Source: an uncultured Hyphomicrobiales bacterium (GTDB lineage: Bacteria > Bacteroidota > Ignavibacteria > Kapaibacteriales > Kapaibacteriaceae). From it: DNA of 64,000 nt. The translations under genes and the position numbers were made by a program. Of the stretch, positions 19,478 through 28,830 are shown piece by piece. Each line of letters starts with the position of its first letter. Positions within the stretch are counted from its first letter, which is position 1. The notes beneath the pieces are model-generated. The model had not been told where the DNA came from. It saw only the letters and a program-made list of their open reading frames with translations, and ran no database searches. The DNA is taken from positions 1,867 through 65,866 of the forward strand of contig CAYXQJ010000006.1 in assembly GCA_964467455.1 (NCBI GenBank), read 5' to 3'.

Positions 19478-20998
19478 GTGTCATCCCTGTTGATGGCATC
19501 TGTACTGGTTGGTGTCACGCCCGATCTACCCGCCCAAATGTGGACTCCAGCAGGGCAGATGGTGGGGCCGTTGATGTGGCCGTATCCCCTGACGCTTCCT
19601 GATAAAACCCAGCTGATTCCCTTACGGTGGGTAAACAAACGCGACGTGGATTCAGCGTATTGGTACGACATACAATCTTTTACTACCACACCAAGGCTAT
19701 ATAAGCGTCAAACTCCCGAATTCACTAGCATAAGATTTGTTGGGGACTTTGACTCTGACGGCACACTTGATCTGTTCGGTCATCGTGAGTCCGGCTCGCC
19801 GATATACCTCTATTCTGCGCTGACGCCCGATGAACACATACGTGCACCAATTTCCGGTCAATACGGTATAAAATCCGGGATTGAAAATCGATATTACGGG
19901 GATGTTGATGGCGACGGATTGAACGACGACTACATAGCAGAGTCCGAGAACTCTGCACGTATTGTTTACGGTGACAAACGTAATCCGTTCACGGGTCCGA
20001 GCTATGTCGAGCTTTTCGACAACTCGCGTGAAATCTACCCAGATCTTCTACCAACAAAGGTAGCTGCTGTCGGAGTGCTGGATGGTAAACCATGCATCGT
20101 TCAATCATACCAATTGATGCCGAATACCCCACCATACTATGAGCTACATGAACTCAGTATGGATGATCTGCGTGTACGTGCGCCGAAGATCCGAACGCGG
20201 CTTTTGCAGAAGCTCAATGTTGGTGAAGACCGCCGATATGGCAACGTTATCTTGCGTACACCTGAGTCGTGGTGGCTGTTCAGTGCATATGGTTCGAATT
20301 CTAAACCAATAGGCTTGAAGGTAACCTCGGCATCCATGACACTCGAGCCCGTACCTGCCTTTTGGGGGAGATCCTGGCAACAGTATTTCGGGCAAGGAGG
20401 GCAACGAGGTGATGACAACTTCCCTAGAGTGATGGATAGCGACAGACCGTTCATCATTGAAGAATTTATAACACGTCAAGTTGAAGGTATCGGAGAAGTT
20501 CGCCATGCAGTGTTCACCCTAGCAAGGCTCGCCGATCCCACAACTGCAAGTGTGGAAGTGATAGGCCAGGCCGTCCCTCCAGATGATCAGTTGTTAGGAT
20601 CGTATGCGGGCTACCTTGCCGTTGTACCGGACATTGACGGGGATTTGATTGAGGATATGATGATCAATGCCGCATTCAAACGATCTCAGCAAGGTGATGA
20701 AACGACAGCTGTGTCATTGTACCTCACATCGCAGCGTCCAACCGTCTCCGTCAAAGAGCCACCACCTACAACGGAGGCGCGTGTCATCGACCAAGGCGAA
20801 CGCTGGCGAATCATTGACGGCATGAATTGCATCGATGGTGTCTCGACAACGGCGCGTATCTACGACATCAGTGGGGCAATTGTAACAACGGTGACGTTGA
20901 ACGTCACCGGAGCGGATATCGTCATCGAGAAGCCGCGTGAGATCTCACGGCAAGCACTGTGGGTGCGAGTGGGGGAGTGTACATGGAGATTACAGTAG
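19478..20998 (+). CDS. Secreted FG-GAP/VCBS-like repeat protein, copy 2 (intact, with C-terminal domain)
   Basis: GTG start. FVGDFDSDGTLDLFGH, YYGDVDGDGLNDDYI, VPDIDGDLIEDM. C-terminal domain is contiguous. Confidence 0.75.
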   Translation: MSSLLMASVLVGVTPDLPAQMWTPAGQMVGPLMWPYPLTLPDKTQLIPLRWVNKRDVDSAYWYDIQSFTTTPRLYKRQTPEFTSIRFVGDFDSDGTLDLFGHRESGSPIYLYSALTPDEHIRAPISGQYGIKSGIENRYYGDVDGDGLNDDYIAESENSARIVYGDKRNPFTGPSYVELFDNSREIYPDLLPTKVAAVGVLDGKPCIVQSYQLMPNTPPYYELHELSMDDLRVRAPKIRTRLLQKLNVGEDRRYGNVILRTPESWWLFSAYGSNSKPIGLKVTSASMTLEPVPAFWGRSWQQYFGQGGQRGDDNFPRVMDSDRPFIIEEFITRQVEGIGEVRHAVFTLARLADPTTASVEVIGQAVPPDDQLLGSYAGYLAVVPDIDGDLIEDMMINAAFKRSQQGDETTAVSLYLTSQRPTVSVKEPPPTTEARVIDQGERWRIIDGMNCIDGVSTTARIYDISGAIVTTVTLNVTGADIVIEKPREISRQALWVRVGECTWRLQ

Positions 20999-21000
20999 AT

Positions 21001-22329
21001 ATGAGGCAATTCTCGAAATATCGACTATTTATCGTGTTTGGACTGATCTGGATCATCGGATTGACGCACATGCATGGCCAGAACAGACAGTTGCTTCTAA
21101 GAGCAAGTGACCTTGGCGCAAAGGTCACATTTTACGCAATGGAACGACTTGATAAAGAACATCTGCTCGTTCGCACGACGGATCGGTCTGTCAGCCCCGC
21201 TGTGAACTCTGTTTATGTGATCTCGACATCAGGAGAGATCGTTCGCAGGTTGTGGACGGATTCATTGAGAACGACGATCTGGGAGAATCAGTTGTTGCAA
21301 GTTCAGTGCACCGGTAAGATGGTGTGGATCGTGGACCAATCAGGTGCCTATCGACTCAACGTTGAACGTGGCGACACGACTACCTATACGCACTGTCCTG
21401 ATTCTGCTCGGCCGTCCCTTCGACTGTCAGCGGTCAATGATTCTACGGCATTCATAAGCGGCCTGCGAACGTTGTATCCGCCGGATGGTTCGCTGTACGC
21501 CGAGTCGGCGGTACAGGTGTGGGATGATGATGGCTGCACGCAGCTGCGGTCAAGCCGAGACTTCTTGTCTGATGGTGTACCAGAGATCATTGCAGTAAAT
21601 GATGTGCGCGATACCGTAGTAAGCCACTCCTTCAACAAGGCAAGTAGTTGGGCACCATTAAGAGGTTTCTCCGGTGTGCCATTCGATCTCGATGGCCTAG
21701 ACAAAACGAGAAGATGCACAATTGAAGGGTTGTGGCCAATGGGCTCCGACTGGATCGTCGTCATCGAAACGTTGCCATCGAACAAAGTGTATCGTTTGGA
21801 CCGCGACATGAGGACTATTGCCCAGGATTCACTATGGTCTCGTTACTCCGCCATTGCTGCCGCTGGGTTTGACGGCGAACTTGTTAGCGTCGCCATGGAT
21901 TCTGGAGTGGCAGTGTACGACCCAGCCAGGTCGCGCATTCAGATGTATCCAAGCAAGATGCTTTTTGATGGTTTCAACTTCTCCTTCTTTGTTTTTCCTC
22001 TAGACGTTGTAACGATCGACAGAAAACTCTTCGTTCTGACGTTTGAAGGGATCATTACCCTTGACATGCCAACAACGACGGTTCGTGAGAGTGAGTCCAC
22101 ACCACGTAGAACGAATCACATCGTGCGATCAGGTACGGTAGTCGATGTCACCGAGATCTGTGGGACAGATGATGCCTCTGTTATTGTGTCGACATTAGAA
22201 GGGCGGACAACCAACGTCCCTGTCGAACGAGAAGATGGACGATCGTATATCAGTTCCACGTTACTGCAGCGCGGTCTCTCATTCATTCTGGGTCGCTACG
22301 CTAGTCAGATCGTGATGGTGACCGACTAG
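21001..22329 (+). CDS. Hypothetical secreted protein (possibly beta-propeller-like)
   Basis: Start moved to ATG 21001, 2 nt after the upstream stop. Signal-anchor MRQFSKYRLFIVFGLIWIIGLTHMHGQ. No motif recognised. Confidence 0.55.
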   Translation: MRQFSKYRLFIVFGLIWIIGLTHMHGQNRQLLLRASDLGAKVTFYAMERLDKEHLLVRTTDRSVSPAVNSVYVISTSGEIVRRLWTDSLRTTIWENQLLQVQCTGKMVWIVDQSGAYRLNVERGDTTTYTHCPDSARPSLRLSAVNDSTAFISGLRTLYPPDGSLYAESAVQVWDDDGCTQLRSSRDFLSDGVPEIIAVNDVRDTVVSHSFNKASSWAPLRGFSGVPFDLDGLDKTRRCTIEGLWPMGSDWIVVIETLPSNKVYRLDRDMRTIAQDSLWSRYSAIAAAGFDGELVSVAMDSGVAVYDPARSRIQMYPSKMLFDGFNFSFFVFPLDVVTIDRKLFVLTFEGIITLDMPTTTVRESESTPRRTNHIVRSGTVVDVTEICGTDDASVIVSTLEGRTTNVPVEREDGRSYISSTLLQRGLSFILGRYASQIVMVTD

Positions 22330-22389
22330 GGAAGGCAGGTTAGATGTTTCCCGCTTGGACGGTAGTCCCGGCAGTGCCAATTTTGGGCA

Positions 22390-23652
22390 ATGGGACGCAA
22401 CCTGTTCGACAATGTGATGATCGTCCTCTCCACCATCGTGGTGGTGGGGTTGCTGTTCTACATCCCGAAGAACTTCGACTTTCTGAGTCCGATCGGGAAG
22501 GCGCTGTCCGACGTCGACCTCACCGATGTGGTGTTCTCGCAGTTCCGCGACGATCAACGCCGCGAAGTGGATACGAACATCGTCATCGTCAACATCGGAC
22601 AAGCTAACCGCGGCGAGATCGCCCAGATCCTGGAGAATATCAACCGACATGCACCGGCCGCCGTCGGCATCGATGCGTTCTTCCGTCAGCCGAAAGAAGC
22701 AGAGTCCGACTCCATGCTGCAAGCAGCGTTGGATGCAACGCAACACCTGGTGTTGGTGAGCAAGGTGGCGTATAAGGCAGATCTTGCCGATGCCGACCTT
22801 GGACAATATGACGAGAGTGTGGTAACAGATGAACGGGCCTTTGATACACTCGAGACGAGTCATCCGATGTTCGCCCAACACGCGTCGACAGGATTTGCGA
22901 ACATGATCATCGATCAAGATGCGGCCTTCATGACGGTGCGTGAAGTGTCGTTCTCAGAATCCTGCGCCGGGAAGAATGAAGTGTCGTTCCCGATCCGCCT
23001 CGCCCAGATCGTCGATCCCGCCGCAGCCCAACGTGCACTGGCACGCGGACTCCCCAAGGAAGTGATCAACTTCCACGGCAACATCGAATCGTTCTATCAC
23101 ATCGACGTCGATCAAGCGCTCGATCCGGCTACTGACCTCAGTGTGGTTCGCGGCAAGGTGGTGCTGTTGGGATATTGCGGACCCAACTTCCAGACACGGT
23201 CGCTAGAAGATAATTTCTTCACGCCCCTTAACTCCCAATACGTGGGAAGAAGTTATCCCGATATGTTCGGTGTGGTGATCCATGCTAATACGTTGGCTAT
23301 GATCCGCAACGGCGACTACATCGGCGCGATGTCGTCTACCACATCGATCGTCCTCGGTCTGGTGATCCTGGTGCTCAACGTGATGCTCTTTACATTTCTT
23401 TACACCAAGTATGAAGTCTGGTACGACGTGATTGCCGTGGCTGTCCAGCTCGGTGAGTCGTTGCTGGGCGTGTTCCTCATCCTGTATGTGTTCAACCACT
23501 ATAACTACAAGCTGGCGCTGACGCCAACGCTGGTGGGAGTGGCCTTGGTGGGGACGGTGCACGATCTGTACCAGGACTCCATCAAGAAGATCATCGTGCG
23601 GACCCTCGCCCGGATGCGGAAGGGAAAACGCGTAACTTCGAGTGGTCAATAA
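22390..23652 (+). CDS. Stand-alone CHASE2 sensor-domain membrane protein (no output domain)
   Basis: N-terminal TM, then a CHASE2-like segment (DTNIVIVNIGQANRGEIAQILENINRHAPAAVGIDAFF), then 3 C-terminal TM helices. The protein ends right after them. Confidence 0.7.
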   Translation: MGRNLFDNVMIVLSTIVVVGLLFYIPKNFDFLSPIGKALSDVDLTDVVFSQFRDDQRREVDTNIVIVNIGQANRGEIAQILENINRHAPAAVGIDAFFRQPKEAESDSMLQAALDATQHLVLVSKVAYKADLADADLGQYDESVVTDERAFDTLETSHPMFAQHASTGFANMIIDQDAAFMTVREVSFSESCAGKNEVSFPIRLAQIVDPAAAQRALARGLPKEVINFHGNIESFYHIDVDQALDPATDLSVVRGKVVLLGYCGPNFQTRSLEDNFFTPLNSQYVGRSYPDMFGVVIHANTLAMIRNGDYIGAMSSTTSIVLGLVILVLNVMLFTFLYTKYEVWYDVIAVAVQLGESLLGVFLILYVFNHYNYKLALTPTLVGVALVGTVHDLYQDSIKKIIVRTLARMRKGKRVTSSGQ

Positions 23653-23668
23653 CGTACGTGACACCGCT

Positions 23669-24697
23669 ATGAAACACACGATCCTGTTTTTGTGCTGTAT
23701 GCTGATCTTCTCAGTGCGGCTTTCACAGGCACAGACGAAGTTCAAGGTGTTGGCCGTGCGTGGATCGGTGACGATCGGCAAGTCGGCACAAGCATTGTTG
23801 GGACAACAACTCAAGACGGGCGAGAACATCGTTGTCGGCAAGAACGGCTACATCAGTCTTGCCCATACGAACGGACGCACTGTCGAGATCAAGAAAGCCG
23901 GCACCTTCACCGTTGCAGAGTTGGACAAGGCCGCAACAAAACGATCAAAGTCTTCTACCGACAAGTTTGCTGCCTACGTGATGTCGGAACTCACAGAGGT
24001 CAAGGAACCCGTGTCGTTCTCCGATGCCAAACGTTCCAACATGCGCACGACGGGCTCAGTGGATCGTGCTGCCGGCGATGATGTGAGTGTGTGGGATTCG
24101 GTGCTGACGATGGTCGGCGGTCCGGGCGAATTGCAAGCCCTTGCCGTCGTGCAATCCAACGCCGTCTCCAACGGTTCGGTCTTCTCCGTCATCATGCCGC
24201 GTCATACGCGTCTGCTTGCCGATACCGTGCGCTTCGAATGGCACCGCTCGCCCAAAGCCGGCTCGTACAAACTTGTCGTCACCGATCGTGAAGACAAGGC
24301 CGTGCATACCACGACCGTCTCCGACACGTTCTACACTGCCTCGGTCGCGACCATGGGACTCAAGGAAGGCCAGCTGTATTATTGGCATGTAGAAAGTGCT
24401 GCCGATGCTTCCTATCGCACCGATGAATATGCCCTCTACCGTCTCTCGGGCGAAGAGCGCACTTCATCCCTCGCCATGGTCAACGAGGTCAAGGCCGATT
24501 ACGATGCCGATGATGCTGCGATCGGACAACTCATCCTGGGTGCAGCATTCGAAGACATGGGCTTGTATTATGATGCTCGCATCGCCTATCTCAATGCTGT
24601 GACGATGGCGCCGGATGTGCAGAACTACAAACGATTATATGCCGACTTCTTGCGCAGACAAGGTCTTAACATGGAAGCCTACACCGCTTATCGGTGA
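23669..24697 (+). CDS. Secreted FecR-domain-like protein with C-terminal TPR-like region
   Basis: Start moved to ATG 23669 (MKHTILFLCCMLIFSVRLSQAQ). FecR-like KVLAVRGSVTIGKSAQALLGQQLKTGENIVVGKNGYISLAHTNGRTVEIK. Helical repeats at the C-terminus. Confidence 0.55.
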   Translation: MKHTILFLCCMLIFSVRLSQAQTKFKVLAVRGSVTIGKSAQALLGQQLKTGENIVVGKNGYISLAHTNGRTVEIKKAGTFTVAELDKAATKRSKSSTDKFAAYVMSELTEVKEPVSFSDAKRSNMRTTGSVDRAAGDDVSVWDSVLTMVGGPGELQALAVVQSNAVSNGSVFSVIMPRHTRLLADTVRFEWHRSPKAGSYKLVVTDREDKAVHTTTVSDTFYTASVATMGLKEGQLYYWHVESAADASYRTDEYALYRLSGEERTSSLAMVNEVKADYDADDAAIGQLILGAAFEDMGLYYDARIAYLNAVTMAPDVQNYKRLYADFLRRQGLNMEAYTAYR

Positions 24698-25134
24698 TCC
24701 TTATGAACGCTGAACAAAATTGGCTCATCGCCGCCATCGTCCTCTTCATTCTCGAAGTCATCACACCCGGCTTCGTCCTCGCCAACTTTGGTGTCGGCGC
24801 CATCGGTGCTGCCATCACGGCTTGGTTAGGGGGCGATACAGCCGCACAGACCATGACGTTTGTGGTGGTGTGTTTGATCTCGTTCGTGACTGTTCGCCCC
24901 CTACTAAAGCGGACATTACGTCACGATAAGCAGACCAAGACCGGCACGGAAGCACTTGTTGGCAGGGTAGGGAAGGCGACGGAAGATATTCCGCTGCCAC
25001 CGGATGCGGGACGTGTGCAGATCGATGGCGACAATTGGCGTGCGATGGCAGTGCATGCAACGCCGATCGCTGCGGGAAGTGTGGTGCGTGTGGTGCGTGT
25101 TGAGTCTGTCACTGTCTACGTCGAACTCGTCTGA
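24694..25134 (+). CDS. NfeD family membrane protein
   Basis: Two or three TM segments plus a C-terminal OB-fold pattern (GRVQIDGDNWRAMAV..AAGSVVRVVRVESVTVYVE). GTG overlaps the upstream stop, with an alternative ATG at 24703. Sits directly upstream of the SPFH gene. Confidence 0.8.
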   Translation: MILMNAEQNWLIAAIVLFILEVITPGFVLANFGVGAIGAAITAWLGGDTAAQTMTFVVVCLISFVTVRPLLKRTLRHDKQTKTGTEALVGRVGKATEDIPLPPDAGRVQIDGDNWRAMAVHATPIAAGSVVRVVRVESVTVYVELV

Positions 25135-25153
25135 TCTTCACTAAGGAGTAGTC

Positions 25154-26128
25154 ATGGAATACGTATTGATCGCCCTTGCGGTGTTCGTAGTGATCTTGAT
25201 CTTCAAAGGCATTGTCATTATTCGGCAGGCCGAGACGATGATCATCGAGCGACTGGGCAAATACCATCGCACATTGGAGAGCGGCATCAACATCATCTTG
25301 CCGATCCTTGACAAGTCGCGTCAGATCGACTGGCGTTTTGTGCGCACCGATCCGAAGGGCACTCATGTCTACGTGCATACGCGCACACCGCGCATTGACT
25401 TGCGTGAAACGGTCTATGACTTTCCGCGTCAGGGTGTGATCACCAAGGACAACGTCACCATCGAGATCAACGCCTTGTTGTATTTTCAGGTCGTAGATCC
25501 GCTCAAGGCCTTGTATGAGATCAGCAATCTTCCGGACGCTATCCAGAAGCTGACGCAGACCACGTTGCGAAATGTGATCGGCGAGTTGGATCTTGACGAG
25601 ACGCTCACGTCGCGTGACACGATCAACATGAAGCTGCGGGCCATTCTTGACGAAGCATCGCACAAGTGGGGTGTGAAGGTCAACCGTGTTGAGTTGCAGG
25701 ACATCATTCCTCCGCGCGATATTCAGGAAGCGATGGAGAAGCAGATGCGTGCCGAGCGTGACCGTCGGGCCACCATCCTTACAGCCGAGGCCAGCAAGAA
25801 GGCCGCCATTCTTGAATCCGAGGGTCAGCGTGATTCCGCCGTCAACTCTGCCGAAGGCGAGAAACGCTCCAGCATTCTCCTTGCTGAAGGTCAAGCCGAA
25901 GCCCGACGTCGTGTTGCCGAAGCCGAAGCCGAGGCCATCCGCCTCGTCACTGCCACCGTCAAAGAATCCGGCGGCGATCCCACACAATACCTCATCGCCG
26001 TCCGCTACGTGGAAGCCATGAAGGAAATGGCCATGAACGGTAACAAGACCGTCTTCATGCCCTATGAAGCATCAGGCGTGATGAGCTCGTTGGGAGCGAT
26101 GAAGGAGTTGTGGAAGGCTAGCAGCTAG
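25154..26128 (+). CDS. SPFH/band-7 (stomatin/paraslipin-like) protein
   Basis: N-terminal TM plus an SPFH core (IIRQAETMIIERLGKYHRTL..ITKDNVTIEINALLYFQVVDP..) and a coiled-coil tail. Confidence 0.9.
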   Translation: MEYVLIALAVFVVILIFKGIVIIRQAETMIIERLGKYHRTLESGINIILPILDKSRQIDWRFVRTDPKGTHVYVHTRTPRIDLRETVYDFPRQGVITKDNVTIEINALLYFQVVDPLKALYEISNLPDAIQKLTQTTLRNVIGELDLDETLTSRDTINMKLRAILDEASHKWGVKVNRVELQDIIPPRDIQEAMEKQMRAERDRRATILTAEASKKAAILESEGQRDSAVNSAEGEKRSSILLAEGQAEARRRVAEAEAEAIRLVTATVKESGGDPTQYLIAVRYVEAMKEMAMNGNKTVFMPYEASGVMSSLGAMKELWKASS

Positions 26129-26787
26129 TTTCCCACGACCCTCTTGATCGCCTCGGCCGGCGGTGCTACCAGCTCGATGTTCGTCACCGGATGCACTTCC
26201 CACGGTGTACCGCGCCAGATGTGTTCGTTGCCGCTGCCGGCCGACTCATCGTCGTGCATGGCATCATAGAACGCCCAGCCCGTCACGCGCACCCAACGTC
26301 CTTCGAACGCTTGTTTCAGGCCGTCCTGACTCCAATCCAGTCCGGCGGCCTTTGCCAGTTCACGGAAGTGCGGCGTCACCTCCACCACTAGCCGCTTCTC
26401 CTTGTTGTCGGCATCCATTAGGTCCGTCACCATCTCGATATGCGAGTCGCGCTTCCACGGATCCGTCGCCTTGCAATTACACGTCTCGATCGCCCCTAGC
26501 CGCACCTCCACCACATAACCCACGATCGACACCGCATCACCTTCCTTGAATCCCCGCGGCTTCTCCCCGGCCTTCATCAGTGTCTCAAACGTCACCCCAC
26601 TCTTGATCTGTGAGGGGGCAGGCACATCCGTCCTATTCTTCTTGATGTTCAGTTCCTTCGCCCGCTGCTGAACGGCCGAGCCGTGTTTTGGACAAGACTG
26701 GTCAAGGGGGAAAGGGTGCAGGGGTGCAAGGGTGAAAGGGTGAAAGGGTGGAAGGATGAGAAGGAGGGACAGGAGGAGGGGGTACAT
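26125..26787 (-). CDS. Hypothetical protein (start uncertain; the N-terminal 28 codons are encoded by an octamer array)
   Basis: 220-aa ORF. The N-terminus MYPLLLSLLLILPPFHPFTLAPLHPFPL is the translation of the (CACCCTTT)n array. The remainder has no recognised motif. Confidence 0.5.
   Translation of the reverse strand: MYPLLLSLLLILPPFHPFTLAPLHPFPLDQSCPKHGSAVQQRAKELNIKKNRTDVPAPSQIKSGVTFETLMKAGEKPRGFKEGDAVSIVGYVVEVRLGAIETCNCKATDPWKRDSHIEMVTDLMDADNKEKRLVVEVTPHFRELAKAAGLDWSQDGLKQAFEGRWVRVTGWAFYDAMHDDESAGSGNEHIWRGTPWEVHPVTNIELVAPPAEAIKRVVGN
26706..26755. repeat. GGGTG(A/C)AA octamer array (six G3+ tracts on + strand)
   Basis: GGGGGAAAGGGTGCAGGGGTGCAAGGGTGAAAGGGTGAAAGGGTGGAAGG. Confidence 0.9.
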
Positions 26788-26965
26788 AACCGCTGCACGA
26801 GTTTAGTTTCGGAAGTGGATGTGCCAAAATAGAAAATCCCCAACTGCATAGATTCGTGGAACACCGCCTAGAAGTTGGATCGCGTTCGATATGCTCTGTT
26901 CATCCTCATTGGCCTGCTGTTCGCTTGGCTGATCTACTTCTCGGAGTGACCATCTTTTCCAAATT

Positions 26966-26988
26966 GGAATTTCCATTTTGGAAATTCC
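26966..26988. other. Perfect 9-bp-stem hairpin GGAATTTCC-atttt-GGAAATTCC
   Basis: Lies 35 nt downstream of the pyrC stop, in the promoter region of the 26787 gene. No U-tract. Confidence 0.4.
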
Positions 26989-27000
26989 TCAAAGGAAAAT

Positions 27001-27031
27001 CACCCTTTCGCCTTCCACCCTTTCACCCTTG
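27001..27031. repeat. Octamer array, reverse orientation (CACCCTTT-type), overlapping the pyrC stop codon
   Basis: CACCCTTTCGCCTTCCACCCTTTCACCCTTG. Positions 27011-27030 are the exact reverse complement of 26736-26755. Confidence 0.9.
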
Positions 27032-28021
27032 ACGTACACTCCACGTCAACTCCCTCCCTGCCCACATGGGCACCACCGTGCCGTACATGGCGGGAATGGT
27101 CATCGACTCGCGGGTGAGGGTGATGTGTTTTTCCGGCGGGGTGACGCCGTAGATGCGCTGAGCATTGTCAGAGACAAAGGCCTGGAGCTTGTCCAAGGCG
27201 CTGTGTTTGTCGAAGAGTTCTGCTAATAGTGGTAGGAGGATCGGGGCGGTGAAGACGCCGGCGGCGCAGCCCGGACATTCCTTTTTGTTGACGGGGTGTG
27301 GGGCGGAGTCGCTGCCCATCATGAGTTTGGGATGAGCGCTGAGGGCAGCTTGTAGCAACGCTTCACGGTCTTCCGGACGCTTGGCAATGGGCTTGCAGAA
27401 CAAATGTGGATTCATCATGCCCCCTACCACATCATCGAGTGTGATGATGAGGTGGTGCGGCGTGACGGTGGCAAAGAGGTTGTCGTATTCATCCAGCAGG
27501 CGTACGGAGTCTTGCGTGGTGATGTGCTCCATGGTGATGCGGAGCTTGGGGAAGGTGACGGCAAGGTGTTTGTAGATCTCGCAGAACTCGCGCTCACGGT
27601 CCATCACAAAGCCGTGGGTCTCGCCGTGGACGAGGAGCGGAATGCCCATCTCTTCCATGCGTTTGAAGACGTGTTCCATGGCACCGATCTCACGCACGCC
27701 GGCTTCACTGTTCGTAGTGGCACCGGCAGGATAGAGTTTGATGCCGATGATCTTGTCCTTTGCTGCAGCAAGTTCCGCTTCGGAATAGTCGCGGAAGAAC
27801 AGCGTCATGTAGGGTTCAAAGACGTGGCCGGTAGTGGCGCGACGTACCTCGGCGGTGTACCAGTCAAGACGCTCGATGGTATCTACCGGCGGCAGCAGGT
27901 TGGGCATGATCACGCCGCCGGAAAAATGATTGGCGGATAGCGGTGCTACCACATCCAACATCTCGCCTTCGCGGAAGTGGATGTGCATGTCGAGCGGTGA
28001 GGTCAGCGTGATCGTCTTCAT
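27023..28021 (-). CDS. pyrC: Dihydroorotase, homodimeric (class II) type
   Basis: Collinear with E. coli PyrC from recall: [36 protein letters not shown]-like [22 protein letters not shown]. Confidence 0.9.
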   Translation of the reverse strand: MKTITLTSPLDMHIHFREGEMLDVVAPLSANHFSGGVIMPNLLPPVDTIERLDWYTAEVRRATTGHVFEPYMTLFFRDYSEAELAAAKDKIIGIKLYPAGATTNSEAGVREIGAMEHVFKRMEEMGIPLLVHGETHGFVMDREREFCEIYKHLAVTFPKLRITMEHITTQDSVRLLDEYDNLFATVTPHHLIITLDDVVGGMMNPHLFCKPIAKRPEDREALLQAALSAHPKLMMGSDSAPHPVNKKECPGCAAGVFTAPILLPLLAELFDKHSALDKLQAFVSDNAQRIYGVTPPEKHITLTRESMTIPAMYGTVVPMWAGRELTWSVRQG

Positions 28022-28470
28022 AACGTTGGATAGTCCGGAATATCATGTAACAGGTCCATCGTACCGTCGGCATGCAACTGCGCACAATGGGCGGAGCGTC
28101 CGTTGGTCAACAGGACGTAGGGAGCTTTGAGCCACAAATTATACCAAGACGTCTGACGCAGCGTATCGGCCGAGATCGGAACGTCGGGTGCTTTACATTC
28201 TACAAGCAGGTAGGGGGCGAGCTCAGCCGTCACCCACAACAGATCGTACCGCATGCCCCCTTGATGGATCGTGCGCTCCACACTGGCACGTCCGAGCGGA
28301 TAGCCGCGACCGATAAGCCAATGCACACAATGTTGGCGGACCCATTCTTCGGGTGTGAGGGCAACGTATTTGCGTCGGACATCATCGTAGATCTTCAGCG
28401 GGTCGCCCGAGTGATCGATCTTGGCGCCGTAACTCGGGAAGATGAGCGAAGGAAGGGCGATGAGCGACAT
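28018..28470 (-). CDS. HsdR_N-like (type I restriction enzyme R N-terminal, PD-(D/E)XK fold) small protein
   Basis: 150 aa. [22 protein letters not shown]...LLVECKAP pattern. The stop overlaps the pyrC start (ATGA). Confidence 0.7.
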   Translation of the reverse strand: MSLIALPSLIFPSYGAKIDHSGDPLKIYDDVRRKYVALTPEEWVRQHCVHWLIGRGYPLGRASVERTIHQGGMRYDLLWVTAELAPYLLVECKAPDVPISADTLRQTSWYNLWLKAPYVLLTNGRSAHCAQLHADGTMDLLHDIPDYPTL

Positions 28471-28473
28471 ACG

Positions 28474-28755
28474 TTAGTGCAGGTCCTTCCAGCCACCGGC
28501 GCGCACGTCGCGGATCTTGACGATGAGCATGTACGTCACAAAGAATAGCGCCACCACATTTGCCCACAAGATGCTCAGGTCTTGTTTGATGGTGCCGTAG
28601 GTAAGCCACAGCAAGATGCCCACGAACATCAACACCAACATCCGCAGACTCAACTGGTCCACATGTCCCGTCCGATAGACCCTCAATGCCTGCGGGGCCA
28701 GTGCAAAGGTGGTGCACGTGCCGGCGATAAGGCCTATAAAGGTCACGAGGTCCAT
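28474..28755 (-). CDS. SemiSWEET / PQ-loop family small transporter
   Basis: Start moved to ATG 28755 (MDLVTFIGLIAGTCTTFALAPQALRVYRTG). 3 TM in ~93 aa. The track's 14-codon extension is a translated repeat array. Confidence 0.7.
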   Translation of the reverse strand: MDLVTFIGLIAGTCTTFALAPQALRVYRTGHVDQLSLRMLVLMFVGILLWLTYGTIKQDLSILWANVVALFFVTYMLIVKIRDVRAGGWKDLH

Positions 28756-28794
28756 GGTTGGTGGTTGGTGGTTGGGCGATGGTGGTTGGTGGTT
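28756..28794. repeat. GGTTGGT heptamer array abutting the SemiSWEET start codon
   Basis: GGTTGGTGGTTGGTGGTTGGgcgatGGTGGTTGGTGGTT begins at the nucleotide after the CAT (ATG). Confidence 0.9.
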
Positions 28795-28802
28795 CAAAAA
28801 TA

Positions 28803-28830
28803 CTCAACCCTTTACCCTCAACCCTCTACC
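28803..28830. repeat. Heptamer array CT(C/T)(A/T)ACC x4 (reverse complement of GGT(T/A)GAG), overlapping the GDPD stop codon
   Basis: CTCAACC CTTTACC CTCAACC CTCTACC. Confidence 0.85.

Noticed and set aside
27031-27051. Palindrome TTGACGT-acactcc-ACGTCAA near the pyrC 3' end as a terminator
   Set aside because: It lies inside the pyrC coding sequence (the last codons, ..LTWSVRQG) and has no U-tract. It is likely coincidental.
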